Shown here piece by piece: positions 12,214 to 24,537 of a DNA stretch of 64,000 bases. Position 1 is the first letter of the stretch. Every line of letters starts with the position of its first letter. The notes under the pieces were generated by a model. The model searched no databases. It had not been told where the DNA came from and saw nothing but the letters and a program-made list of their open reading frames with translations. Source of the DNA: Carcharhinus amblyrhynchos (lineage: Eukaryota); NCBI GenBank assembly GCA_965287045.1, contig OZ336883.1, positions 34,534,001 through 34,598,000 on the forward strand. Reading direction: 5' to 3'. The position numbers were made by a program, and so were the translations under genes.

Positions 12214-13268
12214 AGAACATAGAACACTACAGCACAAACAGGCCCTTCGGCCCACGAGTTGCGCCGAACACATCAACACCCATCTATAACCCCCAATCCC
12301 ATAAAACCCCATATACTCATCCAGAAGTCTTTTAAAAGACCCCAGCGAGTTCGCCTCCACCACCACTGACGGCAGCCGATTCCATTCACTCACCACCCTC
12401 TGAGTGAAAAACTTACCCCTAACATCACTTCTGTACTTTCCTCCCCGCACCTTAAACCTGTGTCCTCTCGTAGCGACCATTTCAACCCGGGGAAATAGCC
12501 TCTGAGAATCCACCCTATCCATTCCTCTCAACGTTTTATAAACCTCTATCAGGTCACCTCTCAACCTACGTCTCTCCAGGGAAAAGAGACCCAGCTCCCT
12601 CAACCTAACTTCATAAGGCATGCCTCCCAGTCCAGGCAACATCCTTGTAAATCTCCTCTGTACCCTTTCAATAGCTTCTACGTCTTTCCTATAGTGAGGC
12701 GACCAGAACTGCGCACAGTACTCCAAATGAGGCCTGACAAGGGTCTTATAAAGTTGCAGCATTACCTCCCGACTCCTAAACTCAATCCCTCGATTTATGA
12801 AGGCCAGTACACCATACGCCTTCTTGACCACCTCTTCCACCTGCGAGGCCGATTTAAGAGTCCTGTGGACCCGGACCCCAAGATCCTTCTGCTCCTCAAC
12901 ACTACCAAGACTCCTGCCCTTGATAGTGTACTCGTTCATCCCGTTGGTTCTGCCAAAATGGACGACTACGCATTTATCCGCGTTGAAGTCCATCTGCCAC
13001 TTCTCCGCCCAGTCCTGCATCCTATTTATGTCCTGCTGCAACTTTTGCCGTCCTTCCAGACCATCCACAACACCACCGACCTTCGTGTCATCAGCGAACT
13101 TACTTACCCATCCTTCCACTTCCTCATCCAGATCATTTATGAAAATGACAAACAGCAAGGGTCCTAGAACAGATCCCTGGGGCACTCCACTGGTGACTGA
13201 CCTCCATTCAGAAAAAGACCCATCCACAACCACTCTGCCTTCTGCAGGCAAGCCAGTTCTTGATCCAC
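12214..13268 (-). mobile_element. Young 5'-truncated CR1/HER1-type LINE (RT C-terminal half and 3' end)
   Basis: Open frame with GVPQGSVLGPLLF, KFADDTK, LVRPHLEYCAQFWSPH and LFSLERRRLRGDLIEVYK. CpGs are retained. TSD-like aa(a/g)tctttt at 12205-12213 and 13269-13277. Confidence 0.92.
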
Positions 13269-13317
13269 AAGTCTTTTCCTCAAGTCCCCTCTAAGTCTCC
13301 TGCTCCTGTACCCTATA

Positions 13318-13457
13318 ATGTGGGTATGCCGGCGTTGGACTGGCGTAAACACAGTAAAAAGTCTGACAACACCAGGTTTTAGTCCAAACGATTTATTTGA
13401 TAATAATCTATTATCAAATAAATCGTTTGGACTAAAACCTGGTGTTGTCAGACTTTT
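13318..13457 (-). mobile_element. Miniature Penelope-like fold-back insertion (perfect palindrome plus tail, 14-bp TSD)
   Basis: Arms 13356-13405 and 13409-13458 are perfect 50-bp inverted repeats with a 3-nt loop. The tail 13318-13355 is the reverse complement of the 57378-57417 tail type. Perfect TSD tcctgtaccctata at 13304-13317 and 13458-13471. Confidence 0.8.
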
Positions 13458-14888
13458 TCCTGTACCCTATACCCAGTTTAGCCATAACTAAAACGCTTCA
13501 ACCCAGCAATATCCTGGTGAAGCTCCTTTGTGCCCTCTCTAGAGCAATCACATCCTTCCTTTAGTGTGGAGACCAGAACTGCACCACCTGTGACCTAACA
13601 ATATTTTATATAACTAAGTTTAAGTTTATTAGTGTCATAATTAGGCTTGCATTAACATTGCATTGAAGTTACTGTGAAAATCCAACATAATCTCCCTGCT
13701 CTTATATTTTATGCTTCAGCTAATAAAGGCAGGTTTCCTATGTGCCTTCTTAACCACCTTATCTACCTGTCCTTCTATCTTTGGACATGCGCCACAGGAT
13801 CCCTCTGGTCCTCCTTTCTTACCAGCGTCCTACTGTTCGCTGTGTATTCCCTTGCCTTGTTAATCCTCCCAAGATGCATCACCTCATACTTTTCAGGGCT
13901 AAGTTCTATTTGCCACTGTTCTGCTCATCTAACCAGCCCATCCATATCGTCCTGTAAAGTAAGGCTTTTCTCTTTGTTATTTACCACACTACCAATTTTC
14001 GTGACATCTGTGAACTTACTGATTATAGCCCCCACGTTCCCATCTAGCTCATTAATGTACACTACAAACAGCAAGGGATCCAGCACTCATTCCTGTGGTA
14101 CACCACTGGACACCAGGCTTCTAGTCACAGAAACAACCTTCAACCATCACCCTATGCTTCCTGCCACTAATTTTGGATCCAGTTTGCCAGACTTTGTTGG
14201 ATCCCACGGATTCTTACCTTTTTGACCAGTCTCCCATGCAGGACATTAGCAAAAGTCTTACTGAAGTCCAGTAGACGGCATCAACTGCACTGCCCTCATC
14301 TACACACTTCATCTGAAGATTCAATCAAATTTACTGGATGATCTCCCCCTGACAAAGTCATGCTGACTATCCTTGATTAATCCTTGTCTCTCCGAATGGA
14401 GATTAATTCTGTCCCGCAAACTTTTTTTCCAACAATTTCCCTATCGCTAGTATTAGACTCACTGACCTGTAAATACCTGGTTTTTCCTTACTTCGAATCC
14501 AGTTAGCACTTTGGGAAAGCACAACTGTTGAACAGTTCCAATTTAATTTTGAAATACTGCCTTGAAAACATTGATCTTAATTTGTGAAAGTCTTTACATG
14601 GGCCAATGGCAAAGCACTTTCTGTGCAAATTTTTAAAAATGTATTTTACTTTCCACTATTTATCTCAGGATATAATGTTGTTATGACTAAAGGGGTTTGT
14701 CAATTGCTTTCATTCCTTTGGTTACCAAAATTGTAAATTTGTTGTGAAAACTCTTTATTAAGTGATGTAATTATCATAGAATTGCAACCTTAAATCCAGC
14801 TTGTCCCCCTACAGCTCGGATTGATTTTAAACATTTGCTTAATTTTTGTACAGCGTGACTTACGTTTCTGAGCCTTTTTGCATTGTAG

Positions 14889-15020
14889 GACATTGGACAA
14901 TGTGACCTACAGTATCTAGAGGACATGACAGCCTGCTGTTCAGACCTGGAGATGATCAGTGCACTGCCAAATGTTACTCCCCTGCCTCAGGATGGCACCA
15001 AGACGCTCATCCAAACCAGG
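14889..15020 (+). CDS. Internal coding exon of an uncharacterised CLBA1/aftiphilin-like gene (DIGQCDLQYLEDMTACCSDLEMISALPNVTPLPQDGTKTLIQTR)
   Basis: Acceptor cctttttgcattgtag, donor agg|gtaaga. 132 nt = 44 codons, with only one open frame (phase 0). KTLIQTR recalls the KALIQTK motif of CLBA1 (C14orf79), from memory. Confidence 0.65.
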
Positions 15021-15141
15021 GTAAGAGAAAATATACATTGTAGATACTAAATTTGAAAACGTCTTTTTTTAAAATCTGCGTATATTAAATATAAAACTCT
15101 TGCCAAGCAAAGTTTTAATGGGCAGAATTTTACCCATTTTT

Positions 15142-15308
15142 TGGCAGCATGGTGAGCATTGCTGCCTCTCAGTGCCAGGGACTCAGGTTCAATTCCCGGC
15201 TTGAATCATTTGAGTCTGTGTGGAGTTTGCATGTCCTCCCCGTGTCTGCATGAGTTCCCTCCGGGGTCCCTTATTTCCTCCCACAGTCCAAAGATGCGTG
15301 GGTTAGAG
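15142..15308 (+). mobile_element. HE1-type SINE, 5' half
   Basis: Head and core, truncated after ggttag. Confidence 0.8.
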
Positions 15309-16033
15309 TGATATACGCTCCTCGGAGTTCCTTCCCTCAATGTCACAGTCATAATTCACGCCAGTCTACCCTCACACCAACATGAATGGATTATCTTACA
15401 GTGCGGGGGGGTTGGTGATGGATGGATGGATGATCAAATGTAGAGGCCTGCTGATGATATTCAGATTTATTATAATGGTTCCCAATGTTGAACATGCTCT
15501 TTTTTTAGATTCTTTCAGCTTTTTCTCTATAGTTTGTGTTTTGCTCAGTGTGGGTGAATCCTGTTGTGAGGAAGGACAAACTGCAGCTTAACTTGTCCTG
15601 TTGCTCAGCTCTGGACAACTGGCTGTGGGATATGTAAGAGTTCAGATTCATCAGGGTATCTGTGGGGTTAACAGTCTTCAGTGAGTTCACACACCACCTG
15701 CACCCCACCAGAACCTGGGGACACACATCTTTCTCCATGGTAACCTTCTGGCTACATTTGCCTGCTATAGGTCAAATTGAGCACATGGTATACACTGGGA
15801 GAATCCAGAGCAATAAGTTCCTTGTAGCATTGGCTATTTTCAGTATCTCTTACTAAATAAAGTGTGATCACTCCCCCCCCCTCAATCTGATTGAGGTGTT
15901 ATTTGTTCCTGTATGTGGGATATCCTGTGTCAGATGAGATGGGACCTGTTGAACCTTTGAGATGCCAAGTAGCTTGGGATGATTTGGGGGTCACACAACA
16001 AAAGCATTTGCCACCTGATGGAGGTTTAGTTTT

Positions 16034-16218
16034 GTTTATTTATTCGTGTCACAAGTAGGCTTGCATTAACACTGCAATGAAATTGCTGTGAAAGTCCCCC
16101 TAGTTGCCACACTCCAGCACCTGTTCAGGTACACTGAATGAGAATTTAGCATGGCCAATGTCTTGCTGAACTGTGGGAGGAAACCAGAGCACCCGGAAGA
16201 AACCCACGCAGACGCCGC
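16034..16218 (-). mobile_element. HE1-head SINE with alternative tail, 5'-truncated
   Basis: Tail and core only. Confidence 0.78.
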
Positions 16219-17624
16219 ACTGAGAGTGATGGAGAACAGTGGTGGAGAGTATTGGGAGAAAGACTTCCTTTTCCTTTTTATGATCTGTTGTTGTTTGCTG
16301 CTGTTTTTGCCCATCTTTGACCCCTTCTGATTGAGCTGTTGGTTGCTCTTCCCTGGATTTGCTCTTTCTCACCATTCCCAACTCTTTCCCTACCTACCTG
16401 TCGACAACCAATGTTGCCCTGCTCCATCTAGGAAGGGCATTTTCTGTAACTTGTCTAGGTACTTCAGCCATGGTGGGATCTATGGATTATGTACTATTGC
16501 TTCGCCCGTATTAGAGGAGGAAATACTTAAATGTAAGAAAGGAATGCAATTGCTGAAGGCACAAAATTTGAATTCTGGGACTGGCACACCCAAGGAAAGA
16601 GCCATGGCCAGTTTCTGTCCTTCCTGAAAGCTGTACTTCCTCAGTTCTGCTGTCGACTTTGTAATTACTATTTTGCACTTTTTTGCCAATGCTTCTATAT
16701 TCTTTTTGTAAAGTGGATACAAGAACTAGAATAGGATGCCAAGTTTGTGAGCAATCTGATTCAAGCTGATAGAGGCCAGGGAGGGGAGTGAATCAGTGGC
16801 AGTTGTAAAGTTTGTGCCAAGGCTGATGACAATGGGTTGAATTTAAAGTGGGTGATGAGGGATTCGGCTACTGGTTGGAGAACCAATGAGAGGCTCGTCT
16901 CACTGAAGTCCAAAAAAATTAAGTGGCCCCTCAGGCATTTGACTGGCCAGCGTCAGGCCTTCCCTGGGATTAAGGACCCCAATTGCCAGAACTCATGCCT
17001 GCAAATAGCTGCTGACCAATCGGAGGCTGACAGCTCTCCATTGCCAATAGCACCACTGCCAACAGTAATGCATTGAAGCCTTTACTGGAGTTAGTCACTG
17101 GATCCCTGGACGCAGGTGAGTGAGGACAGGCTAGGGTTTAAGGGGGACCCAAGAGGGTCAGAGGCCAGGACATGGATAGTTTACAGCACCCAAACCCCTT
17201 CCCCAAATCTGAGTCCCTCGATCATGCACAGTGACGTACCCCTCCCCCATCAGCTTCTGGACGGCCTTTGGAGGCACGGGGAAACTATACAAATCCTATT
17301 TAATCCTGGAGCTGCCGTTAATTTGAGTTCAGGAATAATTGGCTCGTTAATTGGCCTTCACCTTGAGCGGGCAAGCTTCTCACAGGGGCCCCTTCCCCAC
17401 CCCGACTTACTTGTAGTATATAGCTGGAAGAATTGTGATTGATCCAGAATAGGAAGTTGGACAAGCCACCCAACAATGCAGACAGTGGAGGGGTCATGAA
17501 AGTTGAAAGAAGATGGATTTATGAGGTGCCTATTAAAGCCATTGATAGCTACAGTGAATTGGGTACATTGGGAATCTGGTAGTGGTGTGTGCAGTGTCTC
17601 TGTCTGCCTTAAGCTGATGGTTGA

Positions 17625-17652
17625 CCCCCCCCCCCCCCCCCCCCCCCCCCCC
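17625..17652. repeat. C28 homopolymer
   Basis: 28 consecutive C. Confidence 0.95.
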
Positions 17653-17739
17653 ACTTTTGACCCTTGATCCGTGTTGCTTTGAAGGCCATTCTCACTGTGT
17701 GACATTCGGGTACAGTCAGTGACTAGCAGCAATTCCTGT

Positions 17740-18600
17740 ATCATGTCTGTGATACCTTAGTTGAAGATTCCAGTTGCCTCAAGCTGAAAAGTTTATTATG
17801 TGTTCTTTATTTGATATATAGTCCATCAGCATTTCCATCACATGTCCCAGAAAAAGAAGGGTATACTGAAAAGCAGAAGGATCATGACATACCCCTACAT
17901 CACACCACTTGTTATGTCAAAGGGGTCAATATATTCACCACAGTTGGTAACTCTGACCATCATTCCACCATGAAATTACTGTATCTGACTTACAACTCTA
18001 CCAGGACATCCAAGTTTGGCTAAGATTTTCCACCAGGCCCCTTGATTGGTTGTGTCAAAGGCCTTCATGAGGTCAACAAAGGCACAATACAGACTCCTAT
18101 CTGTTGCCCAGGGCACTTCTCCCATATTTACTGGAGGTGGAATCATATCACAGTCCCTCCATCATTCCTGAACACACTTCAACTTTCCATCAGCACACAT
18201 TCTTCTATGTGGCTCATCAGGCTGTTGAATAGAACTTTTGTTGGAATTTTACCAGCTACAGAAAGCAGGGAGATTCCTCTGTGGTTGTCACACGCAGGTC
18301 TTTGTATTAATTAGCAATCAGGGCCTCTTGAAGCTCCTGAGGAATAGTTTGTTGATGCCACATTGTGTGATATAAGTGTGAGTTTGACGAGCAGATATAC
18401 AAATTTCTCCTTGGATTCTGGACATTTCAGTGAGGTTAGGGATCTGATGGCTTTGACATGAGAGGTTTGCTGTCCAGGTCAACACAGTTGAGCCAATCTG
18501 AAAGTTTGTCTGTAGCTACCCCATTTACAGTGGATAGCTGGTTCAATACACCCCAAAGAGCTCAGCCAGCACCCTGATAACTATCCAGTCTGTCACAGGA
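17740..18600 (-). mobile_element. Decayed RTE-like RT fragment
   Basis: Minus strand reads AFVDLMKAFDT at about 18050-18085. The surrounding sequence is degenerate. Confidence 0.6.
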
Positions 18601-19233
18601 TTGATTTAATTTGATTTATTATTGTCACATGTATTAACATATTGTGTGCTATAGAGACAAAACATAACATTCATAGAGAAGGAAACGAGAAAGTACAGAA
18701 TGTAGTGTTACAGTCATAACTAGGGTGTAGAGAAAAATCAACTTAATGCAAGCTAAGTCCATTCAAAAGTCTGACAGCAGCTGGGAAAAAACTGTTCTTG
18801 GGTCGATTGGTACGTGACCTCAGACTTTTGTACCTTTTTCCTGAAGGAAGAAGGTGGAAGAGAGAATGTCTGGGGTGCGTAGGATCCTTAATTATGCTGG
18901 CTGATCCACTGAGGCAGCGGGAAGTGTAGACAGAGTCAATGGATGGGAGGCTGGATTTTGAATTGAATTGGGCTACATTCGTGACGTTTTGTAGTTCCTT
19001 GCAATCTTGGGCAGAGGAAGAGTCATACCAAGCTGTGATACAACCAGAAAGAATGCTTTCTATGGTGCATCTGTAAAAGTTGGTGAGAGTCGTAGCTGAC
19101 ATGCCAAATTCCCTTAGCTTTCCGAGAAAGTAGAGGTATTGGTGAGTTTTGTTAACTATAATGTTAGCATGGGGGGACCAGAACAGGTTGGTGGTCACCT
19201 GGGCACCTAAAATCTTGAAACTCTCAACTCTTT
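18601..19233 (-). mobile_element. Rex1/Babar-type LINE 3' fragment (DUF1891-like region)
   Basis: ORF 18743-19198 reads LYFLGKLREFGMS...LTNFYRCTIESILSGCITAWY...LLPSGKRYKS...NSFFPAAVRLLN. The 3' end is gtgacaataataaatcaaa. Confidence 0.85.
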
Positions 19234-20567
19234 CTATGAAGTAGAAAGGGGAACAAGTGAATAGCTGTGTGGGAGAGGAACAGTCTTCAGGGTTTTAGAG
19301 AAATTCCTCAGCTTGTATTGGTCAGCATAGACATGAAGCTCTCTGGCCTGTTGCACCCACCCTGTCCCTTGCATCCTGTGCAGCTTTGGAAAAAGGTGGT
19401 CTTCCCTCACCAACTCATCTGCTACCCTGGTCTGGTTTGGCCTGCAAACTGGCACAGTTACCAGAGTGTGACCACTGCTGTGTACAAGCAGCCATGGGTA
19501 AGAGCACATTGAATATGGAGGACAAGGTGACTCTTACAGAAGACACTACCACTGACGCAAACCTCACACATTCAATTTATACAGAGGCTGTAACGTAGCA
19601 AAACATCCCCAGGTACTTTACAGGAGCATCATCAAATGTCATTTCCCACTGAGCCACACAGGAGCAGTTAAACCAGAGGAGGTTTGACTAAAGGGGTAGG
19701 TTTTCTTTATATAGAGATCTTTGAAAGAGGGTGGAATTCCAGAGCTTTGCACCATGGCAGCTGGAGGCAAGAGACCTGTGGGGGAGCAATCCAAGTGAAG
19801 GATGTCCCAGAGACCAGAATGAGGACTGTGGGGTTGAAGGAGACTACAGAGCTAGGGAGAAACAGGGATAGTTAGAAAGCGTACTTCTCACCGCTTAAGC
19901 CTTCAGCAGGGAATTCCAGATAGTCTAGGTAGACAAGCAGCTAGCTCTTATTCTCACTTAACTGGTGTATTTATAATAGATTTCGGATCACTCCATAATT
20001 CTCTACATAGACAGGTTATGCCATTTAAAGTACCTTGTGCGATGAACATACATCAAAAGTATACTAAGTTTTCCAGGAATTAAGATATTCAAGATGGTGG
20101 AAATGCTTCATTTTGGAAAGAATTATCTGTACGTTAATTCAAGTTTAATAACTCCAGAAAGATTGTTTTTATCTGATCTCCATAGAATGCCTTAGTTCAA
20201 GCCTTCAAAGCCTGATTACTCAGTCACTTTCTGGCCTATTTCTTTTTGGTCCTTGGAGTGAGACTATTTCTGCTGTAAGAAAGCTCATTAATCATGGCTT
20301 CAGTCACCTAATTTTAGCCATGACAGAGGAGATTACATTGTGTTCTCTCAGACTGCCTGAGTATTCAGCACTTTCATCAGGTTTGTCCACGTTGTTAGGT
20401 GAGGCTTCTTATTCTGTAGTTTTTTTACTTCCTTTGCTTTGAAACCTAATACTGACATTTCATATTGTACTTTCTGGAACTTCAGAGGGAAACCATTAGA
20501 AGATTTTATAGCTTAAAATCTAAATTAAAGCATTTAGACAGGGCTGTTTAAAATCCTATATTCATTG

Positions 20568-20881
20568 GGCACAGTGATTAGCAGTGTTCATCACAGCTCC
20601 AGGGACACGGGTTTGATTCCCAGTTTGGTTGACTTGTGTGAAGTTTACACATTCTTCCTGTGTCTGCGTGGGTTTCCTCCAAGGGCTCCAGTTTCTTCCC
20701 ACAGTCAAAAGATATGCGGGTTAGGTTGATTTGCCATGCTAAATTGCTCCTTGGTGTCCCAAGATGTGTAGTTAAGGGTAAAGACCTGGGATCGTGGGGA
20801 TGGGGCCTGAGTGGGGTGCTCTGTGGGAGAAATGGTGCAGACTTGAATGGCTTCCTTCTGCACTGTAGGTGTTCTGTGATT
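20568..20881 (+). mobile_element. HE1-type SINE
   Basis: Head, core and tail. Confidence 0.85.
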
Positions 20882-21815
20882 AAGAAGTGCATCAAATTGC
20901 CAATCAGTGACTATATTTATTTATTTGACCAACAATGTTTACTCTCTGGGCATCACCTGAACTATTCAAATGTGTCAAAACATATTTTCTTTTTATTGTG
21001 TGGTCTATGTTGGGTGTAGCAACGTATCACAAATTCAGTCTCCGGTCCAGAGAGTAACCAAGCTCGACTTGAATCGAGATGGCAGAAAGAGACTTGCAGG
21101 AAGTGCCCTATTCAGTGGGGAAGGGTGGGGAAATTGGTCAGCTGCTTATTGTTCAATTCCACCTTCTAGACAGCCCTCATTTGCTGGTGGCCCATAAAAT
21201 GGGTAGCGTATAGAAAGGGATTCATACCTTTTTGTATCAAGGAGGAAGACAACTATGTCCTCATTCATTTGGTTTTCCCATCTTGTGATTGGAAACTCCT
21301 CTGTTGTATTGAATGCGCGAACGTTGGTCATTCCACTTCTGTATTGAACATAGAACAGTACAGCACAGGAACAGGCCCTTCAGCCCACAGTGTTGTGCTG
21401 AACATTCCATTCTTCTTCATGTTCTGATCCATTTAAGTAGGCTAGAAACTGCATTCCTATGATGTTAAACATGCCAGCTTTTCTTTAGTTGATTTTCCTG
21501 TCCATCAGCGCGGTAATTTGCACAGCATGCTTTCCCCAGGTAGGAACTTCCTGACTTAGCTCACGCTGTGTTAATCAGATGAGGCATCTCCCTGGAGGGA
21601 GAGAAGAAATTCCTGAATGAAGAAATCAAATAGCAATTACTACCTCAGGGCAAGGTGGAAGGGGGAATGTTCTCAAAGTACGCTTGTGCAAAAATTGAAT
21701 TACCATATTTGAAAGGTTAAAGTCGCCCTTGCTGTAAATGTTGACACTTCAGTACTGTACACTGTAAAGATCCTGCTGAGTTATATCCATCAGCTTTTAC
21801 ATTGTTTAATTACAG

Positions 21816-21953
21816 ATCCCCGTCACCCCTCTCCCAAGAACTGGCCGAAGCTTTGCACATCGACTAGAGACTGTATTTATCCAGTGGTTACAGATGAATG
21901 GAAATCGAGTACGAGAAGTCCCAAGGATCAAGAGAAATTCGTTGTTTTTGTGA
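21816..21953 (+). CDS. Terminal coding exon of the same gene (IPVTPLPRTGRSFAHRLETVFIQWLQMNGNRVREVPRIKRNSLFL*)
   Basis: Acceptor cttttacattgtttaattacag. Phase 0 matches the 14889-15020 exon. CpG-retaining coding-like sequence ends in TGA at 21951-21953, followed by an AT-rich 3' UTR-like tract with AATAAA at 22855 and 23074. Confidence 0.62.
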   Translation: MPVTPLPRTGRSFAHRLETVFIQWLQMNGNRVREVPRIKRNSLFL

Positions 21954-23344
21954 CACACAATTGCAAACGTTCATATTTCATACTTTTCCCTCTAATTCTT
22001 TACTAACTTGTTTCAAACAATTTATCTAAATTTTAACTTTTTATATTATTTGGATCATTCAGCATCACATTTAAATTCTGTATACTTAACATTTCATTTT
22101 ATTGGAATTCAGTTACAGCACAGGTAATTTAAAACAAGTCTAATTTACAAACGTACAAAGAATTGGGAGCAGGAGTAGGCCACTTGGCCCTTTGAGCCTG
22201 CTCCCCCATTCAATAAGATCAAGGCTGTTCTGATTGTTGCCTCAACTCCACACTCCGCCTTCCTCTGATAATCTTTGAATTTAACAGATTGCCTTTAACA
22301 ATGAACTTTTTTCAGAAGTTTTTCATTCTGAGGATGTTGATGCCACTTGCATAGCTGTCCTTGTTTACCCATCCCTAAGTGCTGTGAGAAGGTTCAGGGA
22401 CCCTTTTCTCAAACCATAGAAGCAGTTTTAAACCAACTGGCCAACTTACGCCGTCACTCCTGAGGGTAGCTCATTGTCAAGTTCACAAGCCAACTTTTCT
22501 TCCCGAGGGGACATTGGTGAACTGGTTGGCATTTTTCCAACAACCCAACAGCTAAATGGTTGCTTTTATCGATATTTGTTTGCAGATAGTTAAAAACTGA
22601 AGCCAAATTCTCAGCTGCCACGGTGGCATTTAAACTCAAGTTGCTGAGTTATCCATTCAGTTTCTGTATATGTAGGTCAATAACATAGCCATTACACGAC
22701 TGTACCCCTATGATGTTTTGGGGCTTGATTTAATATGTGACTACTCATTTGCAATATTAATGTGAAGATTGGACTGTTATTTTATCAGTGCAAAGTGATT
22801 TTGAGTGCATATCAATGCAAAACTAGAAGTCTAACTCAGGAGAATACCCAACAGAATAAAGTGATGTCTGAGGTTCCCACTGTGAAAGGTGACTCTTCAA
22901 AGGTTTGGGGTTTTTTTTACAGAACCTAGTGTAACTTCAGTCTTACAGGACCAAAGTGCAGTTTCATTCTTATACTAGTGTCAATTTAATGGAGCTGCTT
23001 CATAATATAAGAACTTCAAGCAGTGAATACTTGCTGGTGTTTCCTGTATTTTGGTTTATGTTACCGCTGTACTAATAAAAATTTGTAATCACAATATTGT
23101 AAAGTCATTTGGTGCAAGAGAAATAAAATCAGAAGTGTTGGTTTATTTGGCTTCTATACATAATAAGTTCCTAAACCACAGCTACTGTTGGATTACACAC
23201 ACAATGACAAACATTTCAATTTTGATTTAATAGTAACAAAATACATGTTTTTCTGCAATTATATTATCTCCATGGGTCACTATGTATGAATTTTGAGTCG
23301 ACTGATTCTGATTTAAATTTGGCTTCTGCATAAACACATCTGCA

Positions 23345-23666
23345 GTGGCACCGTGGTTGGCACTGCTGCTTTTCAGTGCCAGGGACCCAGGTCAAATTCC
23401 AACCTCAGATCACTGTCTGTGCTGGATCTGCTTGTTCTCCCTGTGTCTTTGTGGGTTTCCTCTGTGTGTTCTGGTTTCCTCCCACAGTCCAAAGATGTAC
23501 ATATTACATAGACTGGCCATGATAAATTGCCCCTTAGTGTCCCAAAATATATAGGTAGAAGGATTAGCAGAGTAAATACATGGTGTTATGGGATAAAGTT
23601 GATTAAGAGTTGGTGCAGACTTGTTGGGCTGAATGGCCTCCTTCTGCACTGTAGGGATTCTATGAA
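23345..23666 (+). mobile_element. HE1-type SINE
   Basis: Head, core and tail ctgcactgtagggattctatga. Confidence 0.85.
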
Positions 23667-24537
23667 TCAGCTATACCAAGATATCTTGCAGTTCCTTAAT
23701 TTGTGAATATTAGCAAATTAAATTTCTGGTCTCAAATTTTAATGAAAAAAAACTGAATTTTTAAAGAAGGTCCTGGAATCATTTCCACATGTATTATTCC
23801 CATCTGTTGTAATACCAAATTTCCAGTATAATTTTTGAAATGTGAACGTGCTTTACAGGATGTGAGCAGATAGCAAATGTTACTACAGCTTTCTAAGTAT
23901 GCAAAACTTTTCTGTGCATTTCTACGTAAAGCTGCTCACTGCTGGCATTGCAATGTTTGTTTGAATAGAATCAGTTTGGTAGACTGCTGGCTTATTTCTA
24001 GCAGTAGAAATGTAATGGTGTATAGTGAAATGACACTAACACTTTGAGTTCCAGCAGTGCTAGGTGGTGAAAGAAATTTGCGTTAATTAAATATGAAAAT
24101 GCCCTCCTAAACTGACATTTTTAATATTGTTTAGAATTGTTTTAATGTCCTGTGAATCATTAACAGATTATGTAACGGATGAAGTTGTAACCCTTAATCC
24201 CAAATTTTCTGCCCTCTTCTGGCTTTTAGGAGACTAATGGATATCACCTTGCATCCAAAACACTATTTGGTATTCTCTTACTTATAAACTTTTCAATGTA
24301 AGCATCTTTCATGTTCTTGGAGCTGAAACATTCATCAGGAACAGAGCAATGCAAATGTTTACAGCCCATCACCTACTCAATTCATTTTAATATTTTCTGT
24401 AAGGCACTCTACTAATTGATGCGCACCAATTGGATTAGAATGAAAATTGAAGCAGTACACTAGCCCACCATACCACATTTTGGCATCTTTAAACAATTGC
24501 TCCAACTTCTACTTGAGAAATATATATATCCTGGTGG

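Larger units (their letters stand above)
11665..14480 (-). mobile_element. Older decayed CR1 LINE hosting nested SINE, LINE and PLE insertions
   Basis: Degenerate CR1 3' UTR and RT sequence at 11665-11842, 12157-12213, 13269-13317 and 13458-14480 is collinear once the insertions are removed. Confidence 0.75.

Noticed and set aside
12037-13251. 404-aa ORF as a host or domesticated gene
   Set aside because: It is a 5'-truncated CR1 ORF2 fragment bounded by a TSD. Its C-terminal part is read-through into the LINE 3' UTR, an older CR1 and an antisense SINE.
12694-13294. 157-aa and 165-aa plus-strand ORFs
   Set aside because: They are antisense shadows of the CR1 RT frame.
15309-16000. Possible solo LTR (TG...CA ends) truncating a SINE
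   Set aside because: No TSD or recognisable family features were found, so it is left unclassified.
17358-17744. 128-aa ORF with a poly-glycine run
   Set aside because: The glycine run is just the C28 homopolymer and there are no other coding signals.
20318-20379. Possible cassette exon between the two plus-strand exons
   Set aside because: It is 62 nt, so frame-shifting, and has a weak donor (gtttgt).
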